A stretch of 64,000 bases of DNA from an uncultured Acidobacteriota bacterium (GTDB taxonomy: Bacteria > Acidobacteriota > Thermoanaerobaculia > Multivoradales > SZUA-115). The position numbers were made by a program, and so were the translations under genes. Below, one piece after another: positions 37,446 to 46,894 of this stretch. The notes below the pieces were generated by a model. That model made no database searches and had not been told where the DNA came from. It worked only from the letters and a program-made list of their open reading frames with translations. Every line of letters starts with the position of its first letter. The stretch's first letter is position 1. The stretch covers positions 672,001 to 736,000 of the forward strand of contig CAWDVR010000003.1 of NCBI GenBank assembly GCA_963805975.1, written 5' to 3'.

Positions 37446-38210
37446 CTAGCGCCGCGTGCCGCGCTTCGCCGCCGTGGTGGCTGCGGCGGCCGGGACGGCC
37501 TCGGCGCGCACCACGTTGGAAGCATACGGTGCGGCGCCGAGCCAGCTCGTTTCGGGGTAGTAGGCGAAGAGCAGGGTGCCGTCCTTGATGGCATCGATTA
37601 CCGGCTGCGCCTGGCCGACCGGCAGAGCGGGACAGCCCCAGCTCCGTCCCAGCCGGCCCCAGCGGCCGACGTGCTCGGCGCTCACGTACCAGGCACCGTG
37701 GACGACGACCGTGCGCTCGAAGGCCCGGTCGTTGATCCCCGTCTCCAGGCCGTGCAGTCGGAGCGAGTAGCCGTTGCCGCCCTGGTAGGTGTCCCCGGTC
37801 ACGAAGAGCCCCAGGCTGGTCTGCCGGCTCCCCTCGAGGTTGGAAAAGCGGCTGGCGAAGTTTTCCCCGCTGCCGACGCCGTGGGCCACCAGCTCGTGGA
37901 AGAGGAGCCGCTTGCGATCGAGGTCGAGCACCCAGAGCCGCGGTTCAGTCGAGGGCAGGGAGTAGTCGATGACGGTCACCACGCCCGGCCGGGCGGCGAC
38001 CCCTTCCATCCGTGCCCAGTCGTTCGCGGCGAGGGCCAGGTCGAGCACGCGCGGCGAAAGCCCGTGGGCCACCCGGAGCAACTCTGCCCGGTCGACGGCT
38101 GCTGCTCTGTGGATCGAATCGGTGGTGGTCGGAACGGGGGCGGCGAAGAGGCTGGAGGCGGCGAGGAAGGTCAAACCGATCGTGATGCCAGCAGTGCGGA
38201 ACAAGCTCAT
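37446..38210 (-). CDS. Murein L,D-transpeptidase catalytic domain protein (YkuD_2 family)
   Basis: 'IDYSLPS', 'VAHG.GSG', 'FSN..GSRQTSLG', 'VVHGAWY', 'GRSWGCP'. Confidence 0.88.
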   Translation of the reverse strand: MSLFRTAGITIGLTFLAASSLFAAPVPTTTDSIHRAAAVDRAELLRVAHGLSPRVLDLALAANDWARMEGVAARPGVVTVIDYSLPSTEPRLWVLDLDRKRLLFHELVAHGVGSGENFASRFSNLEGSRQTSLGLFVTGDTYQGGNGYSLRLHGLETGINDRAFERTVVVHGAWYVSAEHVGRWGRLGRSWGCPALPVGQAQPVIDAIKDGTLLFAYYPETSWLGAAPYASNVVRAEAVPAAAATTAAKRGTRR

Positions 38211-38426
38211 CCTGCGGATCCCCCTCAGGCGTCGAGGTCCAGGCGCGGGTCCTGGGCGTGTGCGGTGGTCAGCTAGAAAACTTGGGACGCATTCTAGCGG
38301 AGAGGACAGGCTGAGGCGACAACCTTCCGAGGATCGGAGAAATTCCACCGGGGCTGCTCCACTGCGGATCTATCTGCGGCCTCTCGCGACGGACCGAGTT
38401 GAGTCGGGTGGGCTAAGATCCCCGCC

Positions 38427-40781
38427 ATGTCCGCACCCAGCTTCGGCCAGCGCATCACCCGCAATGAGGACGCGCGCCTGCTCACCGGCCGCGCGCTCTT
38501 CGTGGACGACGTCGCCCTGCCCGGCATGGTGCACGTCGCGTTCGCACGGAGCCCGTTTGCGCACGCGACGATCGGAGGCATCGACGCGGCGCGGGCCCGC
38601 GCTCTGCCCGGCGTCCTGGGCGTCTACACCGCGGAGGATCTCGGCGACTACTGGCAGCCGGGGCCGCTCCTGGTGCCGCCGCCTCCCATCGAGCGCTGCG
38701 AGTTCCACGCGCGCACCCAGGTGCCCCTCGCCAAGGGCAAGGTGAGGCACCTCGGCGAGCCGGTGGCGCTGGTGGTGGCCGAGAGCCGCTACCTCGCCGA
38801 GGACGCGGTGGAGGAGATCTCGATCGACTACCGGCCGCTGCCGGCGGTGGCGGACCTCGAAGCCGCGCTCAGGCCTGGCGCACCGCGGGTTCACGACGAC
38901 CTCGAGAGCAACCTCGCCGCGCACGTGGTGCAGGAGAAGGGCGACTACGAGACCGCGCGCCGGCGCGCGGACCTGGTGCTCGCCCGCCGCTTCCGCTACG
39001 ACCGCGGCACGGCGGCGGCGATGGAGAACCGGGGCATCGTGGCCGACTGGGACGACAAGGCCCAGCGCCTCACGGTGTGGGACACCACGCAGGCCCCGAT
39101 CCCCATCCGCAACGGGCTCGCCGCCATGCTCGGGCTCTCCGAGTCCCAGGTGCGCGTCGTGGCGCCGTTCATCGGCGGCGGCTTCGGACCGAAGATCATG
39201 ATGTTCTACCCCGAGGAGGTGCTGGTCCCCTGGCTGTCGCGGCGGCTGCGGCGGCCGGTCAAGTGGATCGAGGACCGGCAGGAGAACTTCACCGCCACCA
39301 CGCAGGAGCGCCTGCAGATCCACGACGCGGAGATCGCGCTCGACCGGGAGGGCAGGATCCTCGGCGTCAAGGACTCGTTTCTGCACGACACCGGCGCCTA
39401 CGACCCCTACGGCCTCACGGTGCCGATCAACAGCCAGTGCACGCTTCTCGGCTGCTACGACGTGCCGCACTACATGAGCGAGTTCCGGGCCGTGTTCACC
39501 AACCGGCCGATCGTCACGCCCTACCGCGGCGCCGGCCGCCAGCACGGCATCTTCGTGCTCGAGCGCCTGCTCGACCTGGCGGCGCGCGAGCTCTCGCTCG
39601 ACGTGGCGGAGATCCGCCGCCGCAACTTCCTGTCTCCCGACGCCTTCCCGGTGAACCACCAGATCATGTACCAGGACTTCGCGCCCCTGGTCTACGACAG
39701 CGGCAACTACCCGCCGCTCCTCGAGCAGGCGCTCGAGCGGATCGGCTACGAGGAGTTCCGGCGCGAGACCCAGCCCCGCCTGCGTGCCGAGGGAAAGTGC
39801 GTCGGGCTGGGCGTGGTGTCGTACGTCGAGGGCACGGGCATCGGCCCCTACGAGGGAGCACGGGTGCAGGTGCAGGCGAGCGGCCGGGTGAGCGTGGTCA
39901 CCGGCGTGGGCACGCAGGGCCAGGGTCACATGACCTCCTACGCGCAGATCGCCGCCGACATGGTGGGAGTGGGCGTTGCCGACGTGGACGTGGTGACCGG
40001 CGACACCGACCAGTTCCACTGGGGCGCCGGCACCTTCGCCAGCCGCGGCGCCGTGGTGGCGGGCAACGCCATCCATGCCGCGGCGGCGGACGTGCGCGCC
40101 AAGATCCTCCGGCACGCCTCGGAAGCGCTGGAGGCGGCGCCCGAGGATCTCGAGCTCGGGGAAGGCGAGGTGCGGGTCAAGGGTGCGCCGGGCCGGGCCA
40201 TCCGCCTGGGCAAGCTGGCGCTCGCCGCCAACCCCATGCGTGGCGCGGTCAAGCCCGGCACCGAGCCGGGGCTCGAGGCCACCAACTACTTCGGGCCGGA
40301 GCGCGGCACCACGGCCGCCGGCGTCCACGCCATGATCGTCGAGGTGGACCCGGAGACCCTCCAGGTCGAGATCCTGAAGTACGTGGTGGTCCACGACTGC
40401 GGCCGGGTGATCAACCCGCTCATCCTGGACGGGCAGATCCACGGCGGCGTGGCGCAGGGCATCGGCAACGCCTTCTTCGAGGAGCTGGTGTTCGACGACG
40501 CCGGCCAGCTACAGAACGCCTCGTTCATGGACTACCTGCTTCCCACCGCCCTCGACGTGCCGCGCATCGAGACCGGCCACGGGGTGACCCCCTCGCCGCT
40601 CAACCCGTTGGGGGTGAAGGGCGCCGGCGAGGCCGGCGCCATCCCCGTGGGTCCGCTCTACGCCCAAGCGCTGGAGGACGCGCTCGGTGTCCCCGGTCTC
40701 GAGATCCTGGAGATCCCCTTGAAGCCGGGCCGGCTCTGGGAGCTGGTCGAGGAGGCGAAGGCGGGACCGGATCGAGGCTGA
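38427..40781 (+). CDS. Xanthine dehydrogenase family molybdopterin-binding subunit (form II CoxL-like)
   Basis: 'GGGFGPK', active-site loop 'PYRGAGR', 'QGQGH', 'GQIHGGVAQG', 'KGAGEAG'. Confidence 0.93.
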   Translation: MSAPSFGQRITRNEDARLLTGRALFVDDVALPGMVHVAFARSPFAHATIGGIDAARARALPGVLGVYTAEDLGDYWQPGPLLVPPPPIERCEFHARTQVPLAKGKVRHLGEPVALVVAESRYLAEDAVEEISIDYRPLPAVADLEAALRPGAPRVHDDLESNLAAHVVQEKGDYETARRRADLVLARRFRYDRGTAAAMENRGIVADWDDKAQRLTVWDTTQAPIPIRNGLAAMLGLSESQVRVVAPFIGGGFGPKIMMFYPEEVLVPWLSRRLRRPVKWIEDRQENFTATTQERLQIHDAEIALDREGRILGVKDSFLHDTGAYDPYGLTVPINSQCTLLGCYDVPHYMSEFRAVFTNRPIVTPYRGAGRQHGIFVLERLLDLAARELSLDVAEIRRRNFLSPDAFPVNHQIMYQDFAPLVYDSGNYPPLLEQALERIGYEEFRRETQPRLRAEGKCVGLGVVSYVEGTGIGPYEGARVQVQASGRVSVVTGVGTQGQGHMTSYAQIAADMVGVGVADVDVVTGDTDQFHWGAGTFASRGAVVAGNAIHAAAADVRAKILRHASEALEAAPEDLELGEGEVRVKGAPGRAIRLGKLALAANPMRGAVKPGTEPGLEATNYFGPERGTTAAGVHAMIVEVDPETLQVEILKYVVVHDCGRVINPLILDGQIHGGVAQGIGNAFFEELVFDDAGQLQNASFMDYLLPTALDVPRIETGHGVTPSPLNPLGVKGAGEAGAIPVGPLYAQALEDALGVPGLEILEIPLKPGRLWELVEEAKAGPDRG

Positions 40782-40807
40782 CCCGGTCCCCAGTTGGAGC
40801 TCCGAGC

Positions 40808-41788
40808 TCAGCCTCCCGAGATCGGGTTGGCGATCCCGACCGGGCGATGGATGTCGATCACCGGGCCGCAACGGACGCAGATGTAGAGGCAGTGCAGGTG
40901 GCTGCAGGTGCCGGCCGGCTGGCCGGGCTGCGGGTTCTGGTTGCAGGGCGTGCAGTGGCACTGCTGGCTCGGGCAATATCCGACCGGGCAGGTCTGGCCC
41001 ACCGGGTAGCCGCCGCAGGAGGCGGGCGGATGGGGCTGGAACACGTCATCGTCGATGGGGACGTCGTGATCGCCGATCTGGTACTGGGCCGGGGCGACGT
41101 CCATGCCGGCGTTGAAGTTGGAGGCCGGAGGCAGGAGGCTGTCGGGGCGGCGGTCGCCGTTGGTGTCCACCCACACGGCGCCCTGGTAGCGCTTGTTCCG
41201 GTCGTACGACCAGACGGAGTTGGAGGCGGCGTCGAGCTTGACCGGCCAGGCCAGGCGGCGGCTGGTGGTCGGGTCCGTGACCTGGGTGAACACGATCTTG
41301 GTACGGAGCGCGAGCGGCGCCGAGTAGGTGCCGCCTTCGGGGCTGTTGCGCCGGATCTCCATCTCGGTCGTGGGCTGCTCGCCCTCCAGGCTCACGGCGA
41401 CGTCGAACAGCCCGCAGCCGGTGTCGATCGGCTCGACGCTCTCGAGGTTCAGAGCGAGGAGCTGGATCCGGGTCTTCGCGTGGCCGTCGGCGTCGAGCTC
41501 GGCGTCGTCCAGCCGCCGGACGATGGTGTCGATCGGCCCCAGCGCCCCTGCCGGCTCGGCCGGGATCGGCGCGCCGCGGAAGGCGATCTTGCCGGTGAAC
41601 GGCTGCGAGCGGTCGCAGAAGAAGCCCGCCGGGATGGGGTCCTCCTCGAAGCTCGCGAAGGTCATGCCGTCGCCGACCGTGGTCCACAAGTCGACTCCCT
41701 GGCGAATGGTCTCACCCGCGACCGGTGCGGTGGCGACGAGCAGCAAGAGGGCTGCGGTGAGGATGCAGCAAGACATGCGCATCTTCAT
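40808..41788 (-). CDS. Secreted hypothetical protein with 10-Cys C-terminal domain
   Basis: Signal peptide; AAGGAG RBS; tail CGGYPVGQTCPVGYCPSQQCHCTPC...TCSHLHCLYICVRC. Confidence 0.8.
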   Translation of the reverse strand: MKMRMSCCILTAALLLLVATAPVAGETIRQGVDLWTTVGDGMTFASFEEDPIPAGFFCDRSQPFTGKIAFRGAPIPAEPAGALGPIDTIVRRLDDAELDADGHAKTRIQLLALNLESVEPIDTGCGLFDVAVSLEGEQPTTEMEIRRNSPEGGTYSAPLALRTKIVFTQVTDPTTSRRLAWPVKLDAASNSVWSYDRNKRYQGAVWVDTNGDRRPDSLLPPASNFNAGMDVAPAQYQIGDHDVPIDDDVFQPHPPASCGGYPVGQTCPVGYCPSQQCHCTPCNQNPQPGQPAGTCSHLHCLYICVRCGPVIDIHRPVGIANPISGG

Positions 41789-41888
41789 CTTCTACTCCTT
41801 TCTGGTCCTGGTGTGGACCGTGTCGTCAAGAAAGGAGTCCGCGCGGGCGGGTTTTGCCCCGCGAGCCCGGATCGATGAAAAAAAGGGG

Positions 41889-41924
41889 TTGACGTCCGAC
41901 CTTTCTAGTACTAATGTCTTAGTA
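41889..41924 (+). promoter_or_regulatory. Sigma70 promoter with overlapping BlaI-type operator palindrome
   Basis: TTGACG(41889)-N17-TAATGT(41912); palindrome TACTAA-TGTC-TTAGTA at 41909-41924. Confidence 0.75.
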
Positions 41925-41927
41925 GTC

Positions 41928-42314
41928 ATGAAGGCCAAGCCCAAGACCCTCACCGAGCAGGAGCTGCCGATCATGAAAGTGATCTGGGAGCTGGGCACCG
42001 CCACCGTGCGCGAGGTGTACGAGGAGCTGCGCAAGGAGCGCTCGGTCGCCTACACCACGGTGATGACGATGATGAACATCCTTGAGAGCAAGGGCCACCT
42101 GGTGAAGCGGCCGGTGGGGCGGGCCTACCTCTACCAGCCCGTGCAGGCGAAGGGCAAGACCATCGCGGGCTTGGTGGACGATTTCGTCGAGCGCGTCTTC
42201 GACGGCGCTGCGACGCCCCTGGTCCTCTCCCTGATCCGCGACCGCAAGCTCTCGGAGCAGGAGCTGGAAGAGATCTCCCGTCTGATCGCCGAGACCCCGG
42301 AGGAACCCCGATGA
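41928..42314 (+). CDS. blaI: BlaI/MecI/CopY family repressor
   Basis: 'LTEQELPIMKVIWELGTATVREV', 'AYTTVMTMMNILESKG', 'ERVFDG'. Confidence 0.92.
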   Translation: MKAKPKTLTEQELPIMKVIWELGTATVREVYEELRKERSVAYTTVMTMMNILESKGHLVKRPVGRAYLYQPVQAKGKTIAGLVDDFVERVFDGAATPLVLSLIRDRKLSEQELEEISRLIAETPEEPR

Positions 42315-43606
42315 GCGCCTCTCTCTGGCTGGCGAACCTCGTGGCCTGGTGGCTCCAGGCCTCGCTCGTCCTCGCCGTCGGGCTGCTCTTGTCCTACGTG
42401 CTTCCACTCCCACCGGTACCGCGCCTGCGCTACCTCCAGGGCCTGCTCGCCGCGGTCGTCGCGCTGCCGCTCGTCCAGCTTCCGGGCGCGCCGCTGCGTT
42501 TCGCGGTCGAGGTGGAGGCCGGCGGCGGATGGCTGGCGGACCTGGCCGCCGGGCCGGCTAGGGGGGCCGGGATCGGGCTCTCGATGAGCGGCTGGCTGCT
42601 GGCGCTCCTCGTCCTGGGCACTGTCGCCCGCCTCGGCTGGCTCTTCCTCGGCTGGCTGGCTCTCGCCAACCGGGTACGGGGCGCGCAGCCCGCCGCGTCG
42701 TCGCCGGTGCTCGAGGAGATGCGCCGTCGTATGGGCACCGAGGCCCGCTTCCTGGTCTCGCCGCAGGCGCCGGGTCCGGTGACCTTCGGCTGGCGGCGCC
42801 CCGTGGTGCTGCTCCCGGCCGGCTTCTCCGCGTTGCCGCTCGAGGCCCAGCGCGCCATCGCCTGTCACGAGCTGCTGCACGTCACCCGCCGCGATTGGCC
42901 TGCCATGCTCGTCGAAGAGAGCTTGCGGGCGGCGCTCTGGTTCCATCCCGGCGTCTGCCTGCTGCTCGCCCGCCTCGACCTCGCCCGCGAGCAGGTGGTG
43001 GACGCCGAGGTGGTGCGGCTCACCGGCCAGCGCCGTGCCTACCTCGCGGCCCTGTGGTCGATCGCCACCCATCCGGCGGCGGCCACCGGGTTGCCCTTCC
43101 TCAAACGCAGCCACCTGCTGTCGCGGGTGGCCCAACTCGCCAAGGAGGTACCTATGCGTAGATCCCGACTCCTGCTCCGGCTCGTAGCCTCGAGCGCCGC
43201 GCTGGCCGCGGCCGCCTGGCTCGGCATCTGGAGCATCCCGATGAGCGGCGTGGCGTACGCGGCGGACGGCGCCAAGAAGCAAGGAGAGGTGATGCGGGTC
43301 GGCGGCGACGTGCAGCCGCCCCGCCGGCTGAGCGGCGACGATCCCGTCTATCCGAAGCTGCCGCGCGACGAGAAGATCGAGGGCAAGGCCATTCTCGATT
43401 GCGTGATCGATACCCGCGGCAAGGTCACCAGCATCGCGGTGGCGCAGTCCGCCGGGCATGCCGACCTGGACCAGGCCGCGCGCGACGCCGTCGCCACCTG
43501 GACCTTCGCTCCGGCCACGCTCGGCGGCAAGCCCGTCTCCGTGCACTACACGATCACCCTGAACTTCCAGCTCGACTCCGAGAAGAACCCCAAGAAGGCG
43601 GGCTGA
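42311..43606 (+). CDS. M56 (BlaR1-like) metallopeptidase fused to TonB C-terminal domain
   Basis: 'PVTFGWRRPVVLLP', HELLH, 'WFHP', 'REQVVD'; C-terminal 'PVYP...LDQAARDAVATWTFAPA...GKPV'. Confidence 0.9.
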   Translation: MSASLWLANLVAWWLQASLVLAVGLLLSYVLPLPPVPRLRYLQGLLAAVVALPLVQLPGAPLRFAVEVEAGGGWLADLAAGPARGAGIGLSMSGWLLALLVLGTVARLGWLFLGWLALANRVRGAQPAASSPVLEEMRRRMGTEARFLVSPQAPGPVTFGWRRPVVLLPAGFSALPLEAQRAIACHELLHVTRRDWPAMLVEESLRAALWFHPGVCLLLARLDLAREQVVDAEVVRLTGQRRAYLAALWSIATHPAAATGLPFLKRSHLLSRVAQLAKEVPMRRSRLLLRLVASSAALAAAAWLGIWSIPMSGVAYAADGAKKQGEVMRVGGDVQPPRRLSGDDPVYPKLPRDEKIEGKAILDCVIDTRGKVTSIAVAQSAGHADLDQAARDAVATWTFAPATLGGKPVSVHYTITLNFQLDSEKNPKKAG

Positions 43607-43687
43607 GAGGCCCACCGCCGCGGGGGAAAACGGTGCCGGAGGCGGCGCCTTGGGGGATACTCTGTCCTGCTACCCGGGAGGATCCTC

Positions 43688-44146
43688 ATGGGCACCGCCT
43701 CCGACTTCCTCGCCAAGCTCTCGCGCTGGCTCCTGCTCGGGGGGGCCGTCGTCCTCTTCATCGTCACTCTCCACCATGCCGCGGGCTACGTCACGGCCTC
43801 GATCGCCGTGGCCAACAGCGGCCTGACACCGGAGCTCAAGCAATCGGTCCGCGCCCTGTGGCTGGGCTTCTCGCTGCAGGCGCTGGTGACCGCGCTGGTG
43901 GTGCTGATCGCGGCCTTCCGGCCGCTCTCGATCTCGGCGCCCGTGCTGGTGATCTGCGCCCTGCTGCCGGCGCTCAACGCGGCGCTCCTCTTCTCGTACC
44001 GCGGCAACCTCGCGGGCGCCGCGTTGCTCGCCGTCGGTGCCCTCCTGGTGATCGCGGGTGCGGCTCTCCGGCCGCGTGCGCCGAAGCCGCCGGCCCCCCT
44101 TCCTCCCAACTTCGTACCGCCCAAGCCCGGCGAGGTGACCCGATGA
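43688..44146 (+). CDS. Hypothetical 4-TM membrane protein
   Basis: Four hydrophobic segments; GGAGGA RBS. Confidence 0.65.
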   Translation: MGTASDFLAKLSRWLLLGGAVVLFIVTLHHAAGYVTASIAVANSGLTPELKQSVRALWLGFSLQALVTALVVLIAAFRPLSISAPVLVICALLPALNAALLFSYRGNLAGAALLAVGALLVIAGAALRPRAPKPPAPLPPNFVPPKPGEVTR

Positions 44147-44703
44147 TCGCCCACACCATTCTCTGGCGCCGGCTGGATCGCCCCGGCCACGAAGCCGCAC
44201 GCCTCGCTTTCGAGGAAGGTGCCTGGCACCTCTCGGGCACGGCGGTCTTCGTACACGAAGAGCAACCGTGCCGGCTGGACTATGCCGTGGTCTGCGACCC
44301 GGCGTGGCACACCACCTCGGCGCGCGTGGCAGGTTGGGTGGGCGGCGAGACAGTCGCCTACGAGATCGAGGTGGACCGGGCCCGGCGGTGGTGGGTGAAC
44401 GGCGTCGAGAGCCCGGAGGCGGCGGGTGCGCTGGACGTGGATCTCGCCATCAGCCCCTCGACCAACCTGCTGCCGATCCGCCGCCTGAGCCTCGCGGTGG
44501 GGCAGGAGGAAGAGGTGCGGGCCGCTTGGTTGCGCTTCCCCGGCTTCACCCTGGAGCGTCTCGATCAGGTCTACCGCCGCACCGGCCTCACCACCTACCG
44601 CTACGAGAGCGCGGGCGGCTCCTTTGTAACCGATCTCGAGGTGAACGAGACCGGTTTCGTCACTCTCTACCCCCGTCTCTGGCAGGCCGAAGCGGGAGCC
44701 TGA
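44143..44703 (+). CDS. Putative glycolipid-binding domain protein (DUF1089)
   Basis: 'ILWRRLDRPGHE', 'DVDLAISPSTNLLPIRRL', 'GFVTLYP..W'. Confidence 0.85.
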   Translation: MIAHTILWRRLDRPGHEAARLAFEEGAWHLSGTAVFVHEEQPCRLDYAVVCDPAWHTTSARVAGWVGGETVAYEIEVDRARRWWVNGVESPEAAGALDVDLAISPSTNLLPIRRLSLAVGQEEEVRAAWLRFPGFTLERLDQVYRRTGLTTYRYESAGGSFVTDLEVNETGFVTLYPRLWQAEAGA

Positions 44704-44761
44704 CCGGCGACGCGGGGAACGGTGGTCCCGCGAGCCGCGCTCGATATAGACTCTCGTCGAT

Positions 44762-46240
44762 ATGTCGACCCGGGCCGTCTCTGGCACGCTGGCTCTTCTC
44801 GCTCTGGTCGGGCTCCCGGCGTCCGGTGCGGTCTACGAGGTCGGCCCCGCGCAGCCGCTGACCTCCATCGGCCAAGTGCCCTGGGCCACGCTGGCGCCGG
44901 GGGATGAGGTGCGGATCCACTGGCGCTCGACGCCGTACCGCGAGAAGTGGGTGCTCAACCGCCGCGGCACGGCCTCGCAGCCGATCGTGGTGCGCGGCGT
45001 GCCGGGGCCGGGTGGCGAGCTGCCGGTGGTGAGCGGCGAGAACGCCACCACGGCCGACCCGCTCGACTTCTGGAACGACGAGCGTGCCGTGCTCAAGATC
45101 GGCGGCTCGAACGTGCCGGCCGACGGCTTGCCCGGCTACCTGGTGATCGAAGGCATCGAGCTCCGCTCCGCCCGCCCGCCGTACACGTTCTCGGACGACG
45201 GCGGCGTCACCCGCACCTACGCGACCAACGCGGCGTCGATCTACGTCGAGAAGGCCGAGCACCTGACCATCCGCGGCTGCATCCTCCGCGACTCGGGCAA
45301 CGGCCTCTTCGTCGCCGCCTTCGACGGCGACACCCAGGACATTCTGATCGAGGGCAACTGGATCCTGGACAACGGCATCGTCGGCAGCGGCTTCGAGCAC
45401 AACACCTACACCGCGGCGCGCGGCATCATCTACCAGGGCAACCGCTTCGGCCCCCTGCGCAGCGGCGCCGGCGGCAACAACCTGAAGGACCGCTCGGCGG
45501 GCCTCGTGGTGCGCTACAACTGGATCGAGGGCGGCAACCGCCAGCTCGACCTGGTGGACGCCGAGGACACGGACGTGATCGTCCAAGACCCGCGCTACCG
45601 GCAGACCTTCGTCTACGGCAACGTGCTGATCGAGCCGGACGGCGCGGGCAACAGCCAGATCGTGCACTACGGCGGCGACAGCGGCGACGAGGAGATCTAC
45701 CGCAAGGGCACGCTCCACTTCTACAACAACACCGTGGTTTCGAGCCGCAGCGGCAACACCACGCTGCTGCGGCTCTCGACCAACGACGAGCACGCCGACG
45801 TGCGCAACAACGTGCTCTACGTCACGGCGACAGGCAACCGGCTGGCGATGCTCGACGAGACCGGCGTGCTGGACCTCTCGCACAACTGGCTGAAGCCGGG
45901 CTGGGTCGACACACACGGCAGCCTCGCCGGCACCATCGACGACGACGGCACCAGCGTCGAGGGCCCGGCGCCCGGCTTCGTGGACCTCGCGGGGCAGGAC
46001 TTCCACCTGGCCGCGGGCTCCACGGCAGAGGACGCCGGCACCGCGCTGGCCCTCGGCACTCTGCCGGCAAACGACGTGCTCCGCGAGTACGTGCGCCACC
46101 AGGCGACCGTGGCGCGCTACCCCGACCCGCCCCTCGATTTGGGCGCCTTCGAGCGCTGCCCCACGAGCCCCTGCGGCGCCCTCTTCACCGACGGCTTCGA
46201 GACCGGCGACACCTCTGCCTGGTCGACGGTCGTGCCGTGA
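44762..46240 (+). CDS. Secreted right-handed beta-helix (polysaccharide-lyase-like) protein with C-terminal DGFE motif
   Basis: 'YEVGP', 'LAPGDEVRI', parallel beta-helix repeats, 'DFHL...S', 'DLGAFE', tail LFTDGFETGDTSAWSTVVP. Confidence 0.82.
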   Translation: MSTRAVSGTLALLALVGLPASGAVYEVGPAQPLTSIGQVPWATLAPGDEVRIHWRSTPYREKWVLNRRGTASQPIVVRGVPGPGGELPVVSGENATTADPLDFWNDERAVLKIGGSNVPADGLPGYLVIEGIELRSARPPYTFSDDGGVTRTYATNAASIYVEKAEHLTIRGCILRDSGNGLFVAAFDGDTQDILIEGNWILDNGIVGSGFEHNTYTAARGIIYQGNRFGPLRSGAGGNNLKDRSAGLVVRYNWIEGGNRQLDLVDAEDTDVIVQDPRYRQTFVYGNVLIEPDGAGNSQIVHYGGDSGDEEIYRKGTLHFYNNTVVSSRSGNTTLLRLSTNDEHADVRNNVLYVTATGNRLAMLDETGVLDLSHNWLKPGWVDTHGSLAGTIDDDGTSVEGPAPGFVDLAGQDFHLAAGSTAEDAGTALALGTLPANDVLREYVRHQATVARYPDPPLDLGAFERCPTSPCGALFTDGFETGDTSAWSTVVP

Positions 46241-46302
46241 TGCGAGGATTGGGTTAGGCTCCATCGCAGCGGCTTCGCGCACGCCGTGGGAGGCGAGCCA
46301 GG

Positions 46303-46527
46303 ATGACGATCAGGGAAATCGAGATGGTGGCTCTCGAGCTCGATGCACGCGACCGGGCGCGCCTCGCCGAGCGATTGTTGACCAGTCTGGAGGATCTCTC
46401 CGAGGCCGAGGTAGAGCGCTTGTGGCTCGATGAGGCGGAGCGCCGGGACCAGGCGCTAGACAGGGGTGAGCTGGAGGCCTTTCCCGCCGCCGATGTCTTC
46501 CGCGACCTCCGGTCCCGGCTTGGATGA
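46303..46527 (+). CDS. Addiction-module antitoxin (TIGR02574-like)
   Basis: 'ALEL...DRARLAERLLTSL...W..EAERR'. Confidence 0.85.
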   Translation: MTIREIEMVALELDARDRARLAERLLTSLEDLSEAEVERLWLDEAERRDQALDRGELEAFPAADVFRDLRSRLG

Positions 46528-46818
46528 GGCGGGTCCCTTCCTTCAACCGCCTCGCCAGGCAGGAAATGCTCGAGGCGATGTTGTACTACGACGCGGAAGC
46601 GTCAGGACTGGGTGGCAGGTTCCTTTCGGCCGTGGAAGGCGGTCGCCGAGCTGGTTGAGTTTCCGGAAGCCGCCCCCGCCCTCCGCCGAGGCATCCGTTG
46701 CAAGCGAGTGCTCCGGTTCCCGTACAGCCTGTTCTACAAGTCCACGGACGCTGAGATCCGCGTCCTTGCAGTCAGCCATCACAAGCGACGGCCTTTCTAC
46801 TGGACTGGCCGCTCGTAA
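46524..46818 (+). pseudogene. RelE/ParE-family toxin, frameshifted near 46637
   Basis: ATGA-coupled start MRRVPSFNRLARQEMLEAMLYYDAEASGLGGRFLSAVE, continuing in another frame as AVAELVEFPEA...RFPYSLFY...VLAVSHHKRRPFYW. Confidence 0.8.
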
Positions 46819-46894
46819 GCCACTCCTCACAGCGCTCGCCTCCTGAGCCACCGCCGTCCTCCGCCTCGTACAATGACGCCGGAGGGATGAAGCC

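Noticed and set aside
38427-40781. Aerobic CO dehydrogenase (form I coxL)
   Set aside because: Active-site loop is PYRGAGR rather than AYxCSFR; no coxDEFG in the window
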